This document shows positions 45,685 through 56,581 of a DNA stretch of 64,000 nt, one piece after another. The notes beneath the pieces were generated by a model. That model did not search any database. It saw nothing but the letters and a program-made list of their open reading frames with translations, and was not told the origin of the DNA. The stretch spans positions 32,001 through 96,000 of the forward strand of contig JBMOLF010000001.1 in assembly GCA_049325595.1 (NCBI GenBank). The letters are read 5' to 3'. Each line of letters begins with the position of its first letter. Position 1 is the first letter of the stretch. Origin of the DNA: Candidatus Babelota bacterium (GTDB lineage Bacteria; Babelota; Babeliae; Babelales; Vermiphilaceae). Position numbers and translations under genes: made by a program.

Positions 45685-46680
45685 ATGAAAAAATTATTAT
45701 TATTTTTTTGCACACTAATAGGAATTCATTACACAAATACCATGGAGAAGTGGGATAATGCATACAATCAAACGATGTCTATTAAACCTGGTATGTCTTA
45801 CGAAGAACAAGAACAAATTTTATCACAAGCTCACAATAATTTGTCTCAATTTAACACTCAATTACGCCAAAATCCAGTTGGTGTAATAGCAAATAATCAA
45901 AATAAACAAAGAGCAGAACAATGGGAATCAAAAAATAATTTGCCACAAAATTGCGATAATAATAACGATGCTCGGTCAAATGAACAAAATGAACTTAATG
46001 ACCATCTAGTTCGTGATTTTATAAGCTGGGCAGAAGACCATACCGCACGTCAAGAAAAACAACGTAAAGATTTTGATGCGCTTGCAAAGAAAGCGATTGA
46101 GGATGCAAAAAAAATGAATCCTCCTCTACTCAATCACAAAAAAGCTCTGTTATTAGCTGGGGCATCATGTACCGCATTAAGTGGATGGGTAGCTTATAAA
46201 AACAGAGAACGCATTGCAGAATATTACAACAGAATCGACCCTAAAAAACTAGCAAAAACATGCTTATATATTGGTTGTGGATCGGCAGTATTTATTGCAG
46301 GATTATATGGTTACAAAAAATTAACTACTTTGAACTGGAGCAGCAAAAACAAATTAGAAGAACCTGAAATAGTGATTATTCCTACAAGGGCAACCACATC
46401 TAAAAGAGAATATCAGGACCACGCACAAGAAATGAGAGAAAAATATAATATTCCTAAGCGTGAAAGAAATAACCACAATTCATCACGAAGAAATAATAAT
46501 AATTATTTTCAGGAAGCTAAAGAAGAAATACAGGCTGATTGGGAACATTTAAAAAAGACCACTAAAGATACTATAGAAGAGGCGCCAGAACTTTTAGAAG
46601 AAATCGGAGAAGATATTAAAAACAGTTTTAAACGTGGATGGCGCAAATTTAAAAAATTGGTTGAAAAATTAATCAATTAA
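45685..46680 (+). CDS. Hypothetical secreted protein with two internal hydrophobic segments
   Basis: Signal peptide followed by ME; two TM-like segments. Confidence 0.7.
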   Translation: MKKLLLFFCTLIGIHYTNTMEKWDNAYNQTMSIKPGMSYEEQEQILSQAHNNLSQFNTQLRQNPVGVIANNQNKQRAEQWESKNNLPQNCDNNNDARSNEQNELNDHLVRDFISWAEDHTARQEKQRKDFDALAKKAIEDAKKMNPPLLNHKKALLLAGASCTALSGWVAYKNRERIAEYYNRIDPKKLAKTCLYIGCGSAVFIAGLYGYKKLTTLNWSSKNKLEEPEIVIIPTRATTSKREYQDHAQEMREKYNIPKRERNNHNSSRRNNNNYFQEAKEEIQADWEHLKKTTKDTIEEAPELLEEIGEDIKNSFKRGWRKFKKLVEKLIN

Positions 46681-46682
46681 TC

Positions 46683-46724
46683 TAAGTAAAAAAGCGTTTT
46701 TAAGCTAAAACGCTTTTTTACTTA
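46683..46724. terminator. Bidirectional intrinsic terminator
   Basis: Perfect 18-bp inverted repeat TAAGTAAAAAAGCGTTTT-TAAGCT-AAAACGCTTTTTTACTTA. Confidence 0.8.
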
Positions 46725-46751
46725 ATTGTAGATTTGCTAACAGGATTAAAA

Positions 46752-47081
46752 ATGTATAGATACATAAACAAACAATATCTCATTCTATTATTGATTGTTA
46801 TAAAATATACAAATGTGCGCGCAATGGATAAATCTCAATCTGTCTTTGGTCTAGGGTATCACCCTACTATCAATACTCTTGCCAAAATACGGGATCAAAA
46901 ACCTCTTGAATGGTGTAGTTTACCGTACACTAGAATATTTAATAGAGGAATTAATCCGGTAAAAATCAAAATACCCAATATAGCACTGTTAAACACTACC
47001 AATGCAGAATGGCATAAAAAAACTCTTCAGGCATGGCTGCGAGCAAAAAATCATAAAAATAAATTTTTCTCAGCAAAATAA
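46752..47081 (+). CDS. Small hypothetical secreted protein
   Basis: Signal peptide ending VRA-MD. Confidence 0.5.
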   Translation: MYRYINKQYLILLLIVIKYTNVRAMDKSQSVFGLGYHPTINTLAKIRDQKPLEWCSLPYTRIFNRGINPVKIKIPNIALLNTTNAEWHKKTLQAWLRAKNHKNKFFSAK

Positions 47082-47250
47082 ATCTGCTCTAGATAGTTTT
47101 TACTTAAAAGAGCAGTACAAACAGTCAACAATTATAAAAATTGCTTATTTATCGCTATTTTTTCGTTTATTGCGCTTTTCGCTCCTTGTGATAGCCTGAT
47201 AATAGGTTATCATTAAAAATTTCCTATAAATGGGGGAAAATTACGTGATT

Positions 47251-48093
47251 ATGAATAAAAAATCATTTTTATTTGTTTTTTTTATATTATTTGCCGGGCT
47301 TACCACTAAACCACTCAATGTCATCTTTGACATGGGAGGAGTACTTGCCGAAACTAATACACTTGGTTTTTTGTGGGAAGTAGGACCTTTAAAAATTATT
47401 CTAAATACTCTATTCACCCAAAAAAATCCTCGTACCGTACTTTATAAATTTTTAGATACTCTAATTGTTCGCAATGAGCACGAAACCAAGGCTCGTGATG
47501 ATAAAGGCAATTATGTACCTCAAATTATGTGTGAATGGCTCAAAGGGACCTTAACACCTCAAGAAATTTATGATCTGATAGCCAAATCGATTGATGAACA
47601 TCCAGAGTTTTTCATGAATGAAACTGATCAAGAAGTTATTAAATCAATTGCTCGTACTATGTTTAATCCCGAGACTTTTATAAAAACACGCGTACTTTTG
47701 CAAGAGAGTATCGATTTTGTAAAACGCTGCAAAGAACAAGGACATTCCGTTTATATTTTATCAAACTGGGATGCCATATCATTTCCACTTTTATTAGAAC
47801 AAAACCCTGAATTTGCACAACTCTTTAAAGATCACATAGTTGTTTCAGGAGCAATTGGCCTTATCAAACCCAATCCAGCAATTTATTACTATTTGCTCAA
47901 TACCTACAAGCTTAATCCTACCGATTGTGTTTTTATCGACGATCAGCTTGAAAATATCATCGCTGCTCGCGATGTTGGTATGCATGCAATTCATTGCACT
48001 AAAGTAAAAGGTTTAATTGGGAGCAGCCCTGATATTGCGTCAGTTCAAGAACAGTTTGATCAATTGTGTGCTCAAAAACTAACTACCGCTTAA
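47251..48093 (+). CDS. HAD-family phosphatase with signal peptide
   Basis: IFDMGGV, LSNW, KP and FIDD motifs. Confidence 0.85.
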   Translation: MNKKSFLFVFFILFAGLTTKPLNVIFDMGGVLAETNTLGFLWEVGPLKIILNTLFTQKNPRTVLYKFLDTLIVRNEHETKARDDKGNYVPQIMCEWLKGTLTPQEIYDLIAKSIDEHPEFFMNETDQEVIKSIARTMFNPETFIKTRVLLQESIDFVKRCKEQGHSVYILSNWDAISFPLLLEQNPEFAQLFKDHIVVSGAIGLIKPNPAIYYYLLNTYKLNPTDCVFIDDQLENIIAARDVGMHAIHCTKVKGLIGSSPDIASVQEQFDQLCAQKLTTA

Positions 48094-48793
48094 GATTAAT
48101 TTTTGTTCCGTTATAAAATAGATGCAATTTACGCAAAATAGTAGGCACTGCCGCAAATAATCCCAGCATGACAAATGCTGCCAACACCTTGGGAGTAAAA
48201 ATATCATGCAATGAGTGTATTTGGGTAAGCTGTTTGCCCGTATATGCATAAATTAATGATGAGGGAATAATACCTAATGAGGTTGTCCATACAAACGTCC
48301 ATAAAGGAACTTTTGTTAATCCTGCCAAAATATTAATCACAAAAAAAGGTATCACAAAAATAAAACGTGTCATCATTAAATACCACCAACCTTTTTCATG
48401 AAATGCTTGGTTAAATGTAGCTAACTGACGCTCATATTTTTTTTGTAAAAAATGTCCAAACAAATAACGAACTGATAAAAAAGATATCGTAGCTCCGAGT
48501 GTTGCACCAATATTGGCATATAATGCACCGGGAATAACGCCAAATAAAAAGCCACCAAGTAACGTAAGTAATGCTGACAGTGGTAAAACGAGAATTACTT
48601 CAGTCATATAAGAAAGAATATACATTATAACTGATTTTATATAATGCGTTCGTACAAACAGCTCAAGATGTTTAATATTTTCTTGAATATTTTCGAGCGT
48701 TAATCGTTCTTTTAGACCATGTCGCCATAATAATGCAACACCAATTGCAGCTATGATAACAAAGATAAATCTATTACGGATTGTTGGATGCAT
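48083..48793 (-). CDS. TVP38/TMEM64 (DedA superfamily) membrane protein
   Basis: LLGGFLFG, GATLGA and RFIFVIPFFVIN. Confidence 0.9.
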   Translation of the reverse strand: MHPTIRNRFIFVIIAAIGVALLWRHGLKERLTLENIQENIKHLELFVRTHYIKSVIMYILSYMTEVILVLPLSALLTLLGGFLFGVIPGALYANIGATLGATISFLSVRYLFGHFLQKKYERQLATFNQAFHEKGWWYLMMTRFIFVIPFFVINILAGLTKVPLWTFVWTTSLGIIPSSLIYAYTGKQLTQIHSLHDIFTPKVLAAFVMLGLFAAVPTILRKLHLFYNGTKINLKR

Positions 48794-49478
48794 GCTGTTT
48801 CCTGTTGCTAAATTTTTGAATCACAATAGGAATAATTGCAAGCAAGGCTAAAATTCCAAATAAAATCATAATTTCTTGAGAAAATATCTCTTTTACCGAT
48901 TCTATTTCGCCAAGTTTTTTACCCGCAAGCACACAAATAAAAATAAATGGCAATGAACCAATAGCCGTAATAATCAAAAATTTACCAAGTGTGATACCTG
49001 AGATAACAGCAAGCGTATTTACTACAAAAAAGGGAATTACTGAAAAAAAGAAAAGAACTAATAAATAGCTGGTTCCATACTTTGCAAAATTAGCTTTGAA
49101 TTTTTCTAATCGTGGGCCATGTTGCGCTTGCAACCAAGATTTAAATAATGTTTTAAGTAAGGTAAACGAACTGGCAGCTCCTATAACTGAACCAGCTTCC
49201 GAATAAGCAACTCCTTTAACTAATCCAAATAAATAACCTCCAAGCAGTGTAAGAGGTATTAATATAGGCAAGCCAAATGAAATAATAAGTGCGTAGAGCA
49301 AAATATAAATTGCCGCTGCGATGATTTGATTATTATCCACGGCAGCTTTTATAGCTACTTGCTTTGCTTGAATATTCTCAAGCGTTAACATTTTATATAC
49401 ACCAGTAGCGTAACCAATCAATAGTACTGAACTTAAAATACTAAGAACAATAAGAATTTTTTTTATATTGCCACTCAC
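48774..49478 (-). CDS. TVP38/TMEM64 (DedA superfamily) membrane protein, tandem paralog
   Basis: LLGGYLFG and IPFFVVN. Confidence 0.88.
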   Translation of the reverse strand: MSGNIKKILIVLSILSSVLLIGYATGVYKMLTLENIQAKQVAIKAAVDNNQIIAAAIYILLYALIISFGLPILIPLTLLGGYLFGLVKGVAYSEAGSVIGAASSFTLLKTLFKSWLQAQHGPRLEKFKANFAKYGTSYLLVLFFFSVIPFFVVNTLAVISGITLGKFLIITAIGSLPFIFICVLAGKKLGEIESVKEIFSQEIMILFGILALLAIIPIVIQKFSNRKQHASNNP

Positions 49479-49556
49479 AATTCACCTTAAGCAGATAAAA
49501 GGGTTACCTGCTTAAGATGTCTTATTATTATTTCACAAATCAAGAATCTACTAAAT

Positions 49557-50846
49557 TCATTTTTTATAGGGTAATGCTGCCTGTTGCAAATTAGTACTAG
49601 AGTAGGCAAATGGTTTAGTTAGAAATTGATTAGGAAGTCCATGAAAAACTTGATTTTTTTGTTGCTCATCTGTTGATGTAGCATATTTTTTTGATGTATC
49701 AACTATAGTAAGAATTTGAGAAACACCTTTTCTCAATTCAGCTGTATGCACCGATTGATTTGATGCAAAATTCTCTAATGAATCTAATTGTTTTTTTTGA
49801 GATTTTTGTCCTTGCTCGATAGTATCCAACCGAGACATAACATTATCTAATATACCCTTAGTCTCTTTTACTTCTTGCTTAAGCAAAGTTATCTCTTGTC
49901 CATTTTCTAGTGTTAATTTGAGCAAACCATCTTGTTGTTTTTGCAAAAACTCATAATTTAATTGCGATTGAAATCTGAGCAATTGCTTATTGTTCATTTG
50001 ACTTATTTTTTTCCCTTTTTGTTCTGCAATATATTCTTCTGCTTCTGCATAACTACATTGGTAATACTGGCTTGCAATTAGCGTAATCTCACCAAGAAGC
50101 TGCTCTTTTTCAGAACTTATAGCTAATTCTTTTGCCTCTTTATCTTCATCAATTTCTTTTTTAAGCATTTGAAGATTGCTTGAAATGAGCTTTAATGATG
50201 TTTTAGTTTCTACATCAGCTAGTTTAAAATCTAATTTTAATGAATCAAGTCCTTTATCAATATCCTTTTTAAATTCGGCAAATTGCTTTTCTGTATCTGT
50301 TTTAATAGCATTAAGCGCTAAGGCAATATTTTGCTCTAATGTTTTGCGGGTTTGATCTTGTGAAATTTCGGTAGTTTTTTTAATTTCATCAAGGGCTAAT
50401 TCAAGTTGGTGTGTAAAATGTTCTTTTAATTCACCTATAACCTTTTGATCACCTTGAACCATTAATGCTTTTATTTCTTCATGGTTTTCTTCAATTGTTT
50501 TTCTTAGCTCATCAATTTTTTTACTTAATTTTTGAAATCCATACGCCACCGGACTCGTGAGTGTTCCTAACAATGCCGCTGCTGCATATGATTTGAGTAA
50601 CAGAAAAGCTAAAAAACCGCCGCCGCAGCCGCAGCCTACTGAAAAAGTAATAATACCTGCTGTCGCTATTTTATGATTACAGTCATATAAAAAATCTTTG
50701 GTCTTTTTATAACTACTTTTTAATGAATTATATGTTTTAAAAAATTCAAAACCATTATTCACTTCCATCGGCATAATTGATGAGGTAGAAAATAGTATCA
50801 AGATTATGGAAAGCAAAAAATTTTTTGATTGAACAAAAGAATGCAT
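49557..50846 (-). CDS. Hypothetical secreted protein: long hydrophobic hairpin + coiled coil
   Basis: Signal peptide followed by ME; about 45-aa hydrophobic stretch; heptad-rich tail. Confidence 0.7.
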   Translation of the reverse strand: MHSFVQSKNFLLSIILILFSTSSIMPMEVNNGFEFFKTYNSLKSSYKKTKDFLYDCNHKIATAGIITFSVGCGCGGGFLAFLLLKSYAAAALLGTLTSPVAYGFQKLSKKIDELRKTIEENHEEIKALMVQGDQKVIGELKEHFTHQLELALDEIKKTTEISQDQTRKTLEQNIALALNAIKTDTEKQFAEFKKDIDKGLDSLKLDFKLADVETKTSLKLISSNLQMLKKEIDEDKEAKELAISSEKEQLLGEITLIASQYYQCSYAEAEEYIAEQKGKKISQMNNKQLLRFQSQLNYEFLQKQQDGLLKLTLENGQEITLLKQEVKETKGILDNVMSRLDTIEQGQKSQKKQLDSLENFASNQSVHTAELRKGVSQILTIVDTSKKYATSTDEQQKNQVFHGLPNQFLTKPFAYSSTNLQQAALPYKK

Positions 50847-50912
50847 GTAAAACCCCTGGATGTATGTGCAAAGATAATCAAAAAATAGTTATTAACTTAT
50901 ATAACTTACTTT

Positions 50913-52133
50913 TTAAAAGTATTTTGAGCTACAAAGCTTTTCAATGAGTATAATTAACTGGTCTATTTCTTCAAGCAAATTGTAACAATAGAAACTTGCT
51001 CTCACTGATGCATCAAGCCCTAAACGCTGTGCTAACGGCTGCGCACAATAATGGCCAGCACGCATATAAACACCGTTATTACCTAAATATGTAGCAACAT
51101 CATGAGCATGTATACCATCGATGGTAAAACTTACTAAATGCCCGTGTTGCTTAAGTTGCTCAATAGGCCCGAGAACTTTTACGCGAGAAATTGTTTGTAA
51201 TCCCTCAATTAATCGAGAACACAATGCAGCTTCATGAATGCGCAACGTGTCAAAAGGAACATTTTTTTCAAGATAAGAAATTGCAGCACTAAGACCAATT
51301 GCTTGGGCTATAGGAGGGGTTCCTGCTTCAAATTTTTGCGGTGATTTTAACCACGTAGCCGTATATTTTTCAACATTAAATACCATGCCACCACCAAATT
51401 GATATGGCTGCATTTTGTCGTGCAAATGAGCAGCAATATATAATATACCAATTCCCGTAGGTGCTAACATTTTGTGTCCACCAAAGACCAGAAAATCTGG
51501 TTGTAGTAGTTGTATATCTATAAGTTGGTGCGGCGCAGACTGAGCAGCATCGATTAAACACAATGCTCTTACTGCATGCGCTCGTTCAATGATAGGCTTA
51601 ATATCAATATGAGTTCCTAGTGCATTTGAAACGTGAGTAATTGCAACCAATTTTGTTCTGGTGTTTATTATTGATTCTAAGTCTTGCGTATTAAGCAAGC
51701 CATTATTATAAATGGGAATAAACTTTAATTTCGCACCAGTCGCTTTACATACTTGTTGCCAAGGAACTAAGTTTGAATGATGTTCAAGTTCCGTAACTAA
51801 AATCTCGTCGCCTTCTTTTAGGTTGTGTAGTGCCCATGCCGTTGCAACAGCATTAATGCCTTCGGTAGTTCCTTTGGTAAAAATTATTTCGTTTGGATTT
51901 GCATTAATAAACTGAGCAACATGCGCACGTGCTTGTTCATAAAGTTCTGTAACTTTTTCTGCTGCGGCATACACACTACGGTGAATTGGGGCATTATCGT
52001 AGGTATAAAAATGAGAAATTGCATCTATTACGGCTAAGGGCTTTTGAGTCGTTGCAGCATTATCAAAATAAATAATCGGTTTATCATTAACACGTTGTTG
52101 TAAAAAAGGAAAGTCGCTTTGCAAATGTTTCAT
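50913..52133 (-). CDS. sufS: Cysteine desulfurase SufS
   Basis: YFDNAATTQKP, EHHSN, GHKM, FEAGTP and RAGHYCAQP. Confidence 0.95.
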   Translation of the reverse strand: MKHLQSDFPFLQQRVNDKPIIYFDNAATTQKPLAVIDAISHFYTYDNAPIHRSVYAAAEKVTELYEQARAHVAQFINANPNEIIFTKGTTEGINAVATAWALHNLKEGDEILVTELEHHSNLVPWQQVCKATGAKLKFIPIYNNGLLNTQDLESIINTRTKLVAITHVSNALGTHIDIKPIIERAHAVRALCLIDAAQSAPHQLIDIQLLQPDFLVFGGHKMLAPTGIGILYIAAHLHDKMQPYQFGGGMVFNVEKYTATWLKSPQKFEAGTPPIAQAIGLSAAISYLEKNVPFDTLRIHEAALCSRLIEGLQTISRVKVLGPIEQLKQHGHLVSFTIDGIHAHDVATYLGNNGVYMRAGHYCAQPLAQRLGLDASVRASFYCYNLLEEIDQLIILIEKLCSSKYF

Positions 52134-52140
52134 GATTTCC

Positions 52141-53289
52141 TTATGGTAATACGGTTAAAATAAATGCCATAAATGATTCTCTCATTTCTTGATCAAGATC
52201 TTGCAAAATTTCTTGACTAAATGCTTGCAGCAATAATCGTTGCGCTTGTTTTTGGCTCATGCCACGCGCTTGTAAATACAATAATTGATCATAATCAAAA
52301 TAACCTGTTGCACTTCCATGTGAACATTGCACATCATTGGTTAATGCTTCAAGACTTGGTATCGATCGTGCTTGAGCAAACTCAGAAAACAACATATTTT
52401 TATTTTCTTGATGAGCATTGGTATTATGCGCAGTAGAACTTATATGCACAAGACCGGCATAATCAAATAATGCATGATCAGCAAGCAACCCTTTAACCAG
52501 CAAATTACTGGTTGCATTACTTGCTTGGTGATGCTGATGCGTGCGCAACATAAGCTTTTGATGATTATGCAACACACTCAGCTCTTTAGCTGTTAATAAA
52601 CTGTTTTTACCCACCAGTTGAGCATGCCATTCGTGCAGGGTATTATGCGCGTAACGTGCTACCGAATAGTAGTTTAATTGCGCATGATCGTGTAAAACAA
52701 AATCAGTAAATCGCAACGCTGCTTGAACTTTTTCTTGATTGCTAATCTCGATCCAACGCAGTATCGCATGGCGATGAATAACGGTAGTTGTTGCAGTTAT
52801 TGAATGCACATGCGTATAAGCCCGATCATTAACAATGGTAATATTTGAATTTTCATCTGCAATGATAAGCAACTTTTCACAGGAAGCTGATCCAAAATAA
52901 TCATATATCTGCGAGAGTAAAATATGATGATTCTCATAAGGCGCACAATACAACACAATATAGTGTTTGCAAATCGCGTTTACCAGCTCTCGTATCGGTG
53001 ATGACGTATCGGAAATTGATTTGTTTATCTTATCAGATATAAGAAAAAAAATGTCATCATAATGCCCAGCAAATGAATTAATCGAAAAATAAAGCGGTTT
53101 TTTTTGTTTTTGATGTTGTACTAATGGTTCAATATGCCAATCAATAACAGGCATCAAAGAAATTTTAGCCTTTGGTAATTTTTCTAATAATTCTTCATAT
53201 TTTTGTAAATGATGTAATCGAACGTTATTTTCTACGTTGTTAGTAAGCCATTGCTTTGCTCGATCAATTGAAGGATAAAAGGTATTCAT
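52141..53289 (-). CDS. sufD: Fe-S cluster assembly protein SufD
   Basis: [25 protein letters not shown]; position in the operon. Confidence 0.88.
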   Translation of the reverse strand: MNTFYPSIDRAKQWLTNNVENNVRLHHLQKYEELLEKLPKAKISLMPVIDWHIEPLVQHQKQKKPLYFSINSFAGHYDDIFFLISDKINKSISDTSSPIRELVNAICKHYIVLYCAPYENHHILLSQIYDYFGSASCEKLLIIADENSNITIVNDRAYTHVHSITATTTVIHRHAILRWIEISNQEKVQAALRFTDFVLHDHAQLNYYSVARYAHNTLHEWHAQLVGKNSLLTAKELSVLHNHQKLMLRTHQHHQASNATSNLLVKGLLADHALFDYAGLVHISSTAHNTNAHQENKNMLFSEFAQARSIPSLEALTNDVQCSHGSATGYFDYDQLLYLQARGMSQKQAQRLLLQAFSQEILQDLDQEMRESFMAFILTVLP

Positions 53290-54656
53290 CCAATAGATCC
53301 TTCCATTTCATGTTCAATAAGTCGATTAATTTCTATGGCATATTCCATTGGCAATTGTTGAACAAATGCATCAATAAATCCATTTACAATAAATGCTCGT
53401 GCTGCTGCCTCAGACAACCCACGGCTGGTAAGATAAAAAATTTGATCATCACTAATTTTGCTTACCGAAGCTTCATGACCAATATCAACTTTTTGTTGTG
53501 CTACATCCACTGTCGGATAGGTATCTGAACGAGAATGCTCATCAAGTAACAATGCATCACATTGCACGCGAGATTTTGCGTTGGCAGCTTTTTTTGAAAC
53601 TTTTAAAAGACCACGGTAACTTGTTCTGCCACCATCTTTACTTATCGATTTAGAAACAATATTAGATGTTGTATTTTCCGCCAGATGAATTACTTTAGCA
53701 CCAGCATCTTGATGTTGACCTTTTTTGGCCACCGCAATTGAAATAATCTGAGCTTTTGCGCCAGCTTCTTTTAAAACAACACAGGGATATTTCATGGTAA
53801 CTTTACTACCAAAATTGCCATCTATCCATTCTACGGTAGCATTTTTGTGAGCTATTGCCCTCTTTGTTACCAGATTATATACATTATTCGACCAGTTCTG
53901 GATTGTGGTATAGCGAATATGGCTTTCTGAAAGTGCTACCAATTCAACAACAGCGCTATGCAACGAACTCTTACGATACAATGGCGCGCTGCATCCTTCA
54001 ACATAATGCACGAAACTTCCTGGTTCGGCAATTATTAAGGTACGTTCAAATTGCCCCATTTGAGCCGCATTAATTCTAAAATAGGCTTGCAATGGTTGAT
54101 CAATCTGCACACCTGAAGGTACATATACAAAACTGCCACCACTCCAAACTGCACTGTTAAGTGCTGCGAACTTATTATCACGTACCGGTATTACTGTCGC
54201 AAAATATTTTTTGAACAAATCAGGATAATTAACCAATGCAGTGTTCATATCACAAAATATAACACCTTGTTCTTCCCATTTTTTTTGTAATTTTTTATAC
54301 ACAACTTCTGATTCGTATTGAGCGCCTACCCCTGCTAAGAATCGTTGTTCAGCTTGTGGAATACCTAAGGCATCAAACGTATTTTTAATAGAATCTGGGA
54401 CGGTATCCCAACTTGTTTTTTGATCTTCAAGTGGCTTTAAGTAATAGTAGATATCATCAAGTTGCAATTCACTCAAATCAGCACCCCACAAAGGCATTGG
54501 TATTTTTTCAAATACTTCTAATGCCTGGAGTCTAAAATCGGTCATCCAACCGGGTTCATTTTTTTGTTCAGAAATTTGAGTAACAATATCTCTTGTGAGC
54601 CCTTTTTTTGTTTTAAAAACATAAGAGCTCGAGAATGGATCACGAGAAGACATCAT
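53286..54656 (-). CDS. sufB: Fe-S cluster assembly protein SufB
   Basis: [24 protein letters not shown] and HEASVSKI. Confidence 0.97.
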   Translation of the reverse strand: MMSSRDPFSSSYVFKTKKGLTRDIVTQISEQKNEPGWMTDFRLQALEVFEKIPMPLWGADLSELQLDDIYYYLKPLEDQKTSWDTVPDSIKNTFDALGIPQAEQRFLAGVGAQYESEVVYKKLQKKWEEQGVIFCDMNTALVNYPDLFKKYFATVIPVRDNKFAALNSAVWSGGSFVYVPSGVQIDQPLQAYFRINAAQMGQFERTLIIAEPGSFVHYVEGCSAPLYRKSSLHSAVVELVALSESHIRYTTIQNWSNNVYNLVTKRAIAHKNATVEWIDGNFGSKVTMKYPCVVLKEAGAKAQIISIAVAKKGQHQDAGAKVIHLAENTTSNIVSKSISKDGGRTSYRGLLKVSKKAANAKSRVQCDALLLDEHSRSDTYPTVDVAQQKVDIGHEASVSKISDDQIFYLTSRGLSEAAARAFIVNGFIDAFVQQLPMEYAIEINRLIEHEMEGSIG

Positions 54657-55371
54657 ATCCTTTTATTTCTACTTCTTGGGCAAGCGCGATAGTACCACTC
54701 AAGCTAATGGTGCCATTTTTTAAAATATGAACATGATCAACCGGCATATGGTGCAAAAGACGGTTATAGTGGGTAATACAAAGTACAGCAAATTGATTAT
54801 TTTCTTTACGCAACTGTTCAATTACCCGCGCAACAAGCTTTAGCGCATCTACATCTAGCCCTGAATCTATTTCATCGAGTATTACTAACTTGGGCTTTAA
54901 AATAAGCATCTGTAACAACTCTAAGCGCTTTTTTTCGCCACCTGAAAACGACTCATTCAATGCCCTGTGAGCAAACGCATAATCCATATGCAAAAATTCA
55001 AGAGCTTGCGTAAGAAGATTCATAAAATCTTTAGCTGATATTGATGTTTTAAAAGTTGCCTGATAGGCCTCTTTTAAAAAATTAGAAACCGTAACACCAG
55101 GGATTTCAATTGGTTGTTGAAAAGCTAAAAATAACCCCTGTTGCGCTCGTTTATCAGGCGAAAGTGCTAAAAGATCCGATCCATTGTAATCAATTTGGCC
55201 TTGTAAAACCTGATAAGCAGGATGACCCATGAGCGTGTAAGCCAAGGTACTTTTACCCGATCCATTTGGCCCCATTATGGCATGAGTGGAGCCAGGTTCA
55301 ACATGCAATGAACATTCAGAAAGAATAACTTTTTGATCACGGCTAACCGTGACATTTTTTATATGAAGCAT
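54640..55371 (-). CDS. sufC: Fe-S cluster assembly ATPase SufC
   Basis: [17 protein letters not shown] and [13 protein letters not shown]. Confidence 0.97.
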   Translation of the reverse strand: MLHIKNVTVSRDQKVILSECSLHVEPGSTHAIMGPNGSGKSTLAYTLMGHPAYQVLQGQIDYNGSDLLALSPDKRAQQGLFLAFQQPIEIPGVTVSNFLKEAYQATFKTSISAKDFMNLLTQALEFLHMDYAFAHRALNESFSGGEKKRLELLQMLILKPKLVILDEIDSGLDVDALKLVARVIEQLRKENNQFAVLCITHYNRLLHHMPVDHVHILKNGTISLSGTIALAQEVEIKGYDVFS

Positions 55372-55452
55372 TATATATAAATCGATTAGAATTATTTTTA
55401 TTATAGTATATCACAATGATAACTCATGTACTAATACAATAAGGAGAGCCCG

Positions 55453-56058
55453 ATGTTTTTTATTGTAATGCTTATTGCTTTTTGCCACTCAAGCGCATTA
55501 GGAATGGAATTAAAAATAGAATCCTATAAAGAATGTAAAGCCGCTCAGGAAAAAGTATGCGCTGCTGCTAAAAATGGAATTTTCCTTCAGGCATTGGTAC
55601 ACACCGAATCCATTCTTTCAAAAATAGATTCCAAAAAGCTTAATTCCTGGACTCATTTTACTCTTCAAGCCGGCGCTTTTGCTTATCTAAGCCATCAAAT
55701 TTTTAGATCTAAAGAACACCTTGAGGCACTCTACTCAAAACAATTTGATCCTTCATCTCATTTAGAATTTAAAAAAGTAAAAGCAGGTTATTATTTAGCG
55801 CAAATAGCTCTTGATGCAAATAATCTCCATCAAGCATTTGAATATTTGAGCGCTGCTTCACAAATCAGCTTGATAAGCAAGAAACGCAAAGAGTTTTATA
55901 TTACTGTTATGAATGATCTAGCAGAATTGTATAAACTTAGAAACGATTTATTAAATGCATGTTCCTGCTATGAAAATATAACGAGACTCGCTGAGGAATT
56001 TCCCCATGATGCGGCAGGCGCACAAATAGATTTAAAGCGATTAGAAAACATCTTATAA
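55453..56058 (+). CDS. Hypothetical secreted TPR-like protein
   Basis: AAGGAG SD; signal peptide ALG-ME; helical TPR-like pattern. Confidence 0.6.
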   Translation: MFFIVMLIAFCHSSALGMELKIESYKECKAAQEKVCAAAKNGIFLQALVHTESILSKIDSKKLNSWTHFTLQAGAFAYLSHQIFRSKEHLEALYSKQFDPSSHLEFKKVKAGYYLAQIALDANNLHQAFEYLSAASQISLISKKRKEFYITVMNDLAELYKLRNDLLNACSCYENITRLAEEFPHDAAGAQIDLKRLENIL

Positions 56059-56060
56059 AC

Positions 56061-56576
56061 TTATTTCAACAGCTGCACATATGCACTATCTAAATAGGTG
56101 TTTATTTCAAAAAAATAATCACATTGCCAAGATTGGGTTTCTAATGCTTGTTTGCTGCTCACCGTATCCCAAGGAGGATAAACACGCATAGCTCGTTTGC
56201 CACCTTTTTCATTTTTTGATAAAAAGCCTTTTTTATGTAGTATTTCTTTGGGAAATATAAAATGCCCCAAGCAATCAGCCTTATGAACACTGACTATCAA
56301 TAATTCAAATGAATCATTTAAATCTAATGGTATTATTGTACCCCTATCATTTCGTTTCCATAAAGTAACAAATTGACCTATTTTTGTAGGAGTTATTTTA
56401 GCAACTCTAAATTTAACTGATTTACCATTTAATTCATAACAACTTGCGCTGTATTCTTTGCTCTCAGCTTCAATAAAAAGATTTGCAATCAAGAAACCAG
56501 CAGCCTCATACAGCTTCAATGCCTTGTGTAAATCAGGATGTAAAATTAAATTTTGAATAGTGATGGAGTTTTTCAT
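56061..56576 (-). CDS. MepB family protein
   Basis: ESKEYSA, FRVAKITPTKIGQFVTLWKR and GKRAMRVYPPW. Confidence 0.88.
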   Translation of the reverse strand: MKNSITIQNLILHPDLHKALKLYEAAGFLIANLFIEAESKEYSASCYELNGKSVKFRVAKITPTKIGQFVTLWKRNDRGTIIPLDLNDSFELLIVSVHKADCLGHFIFPKEILHKKGFLSKNEKGGKRAMRVYPPWDTVSSKQALETQSWQCDYFFEINTYLDSAYVQLLK

Positions 56577-56581
56577 AGAAA

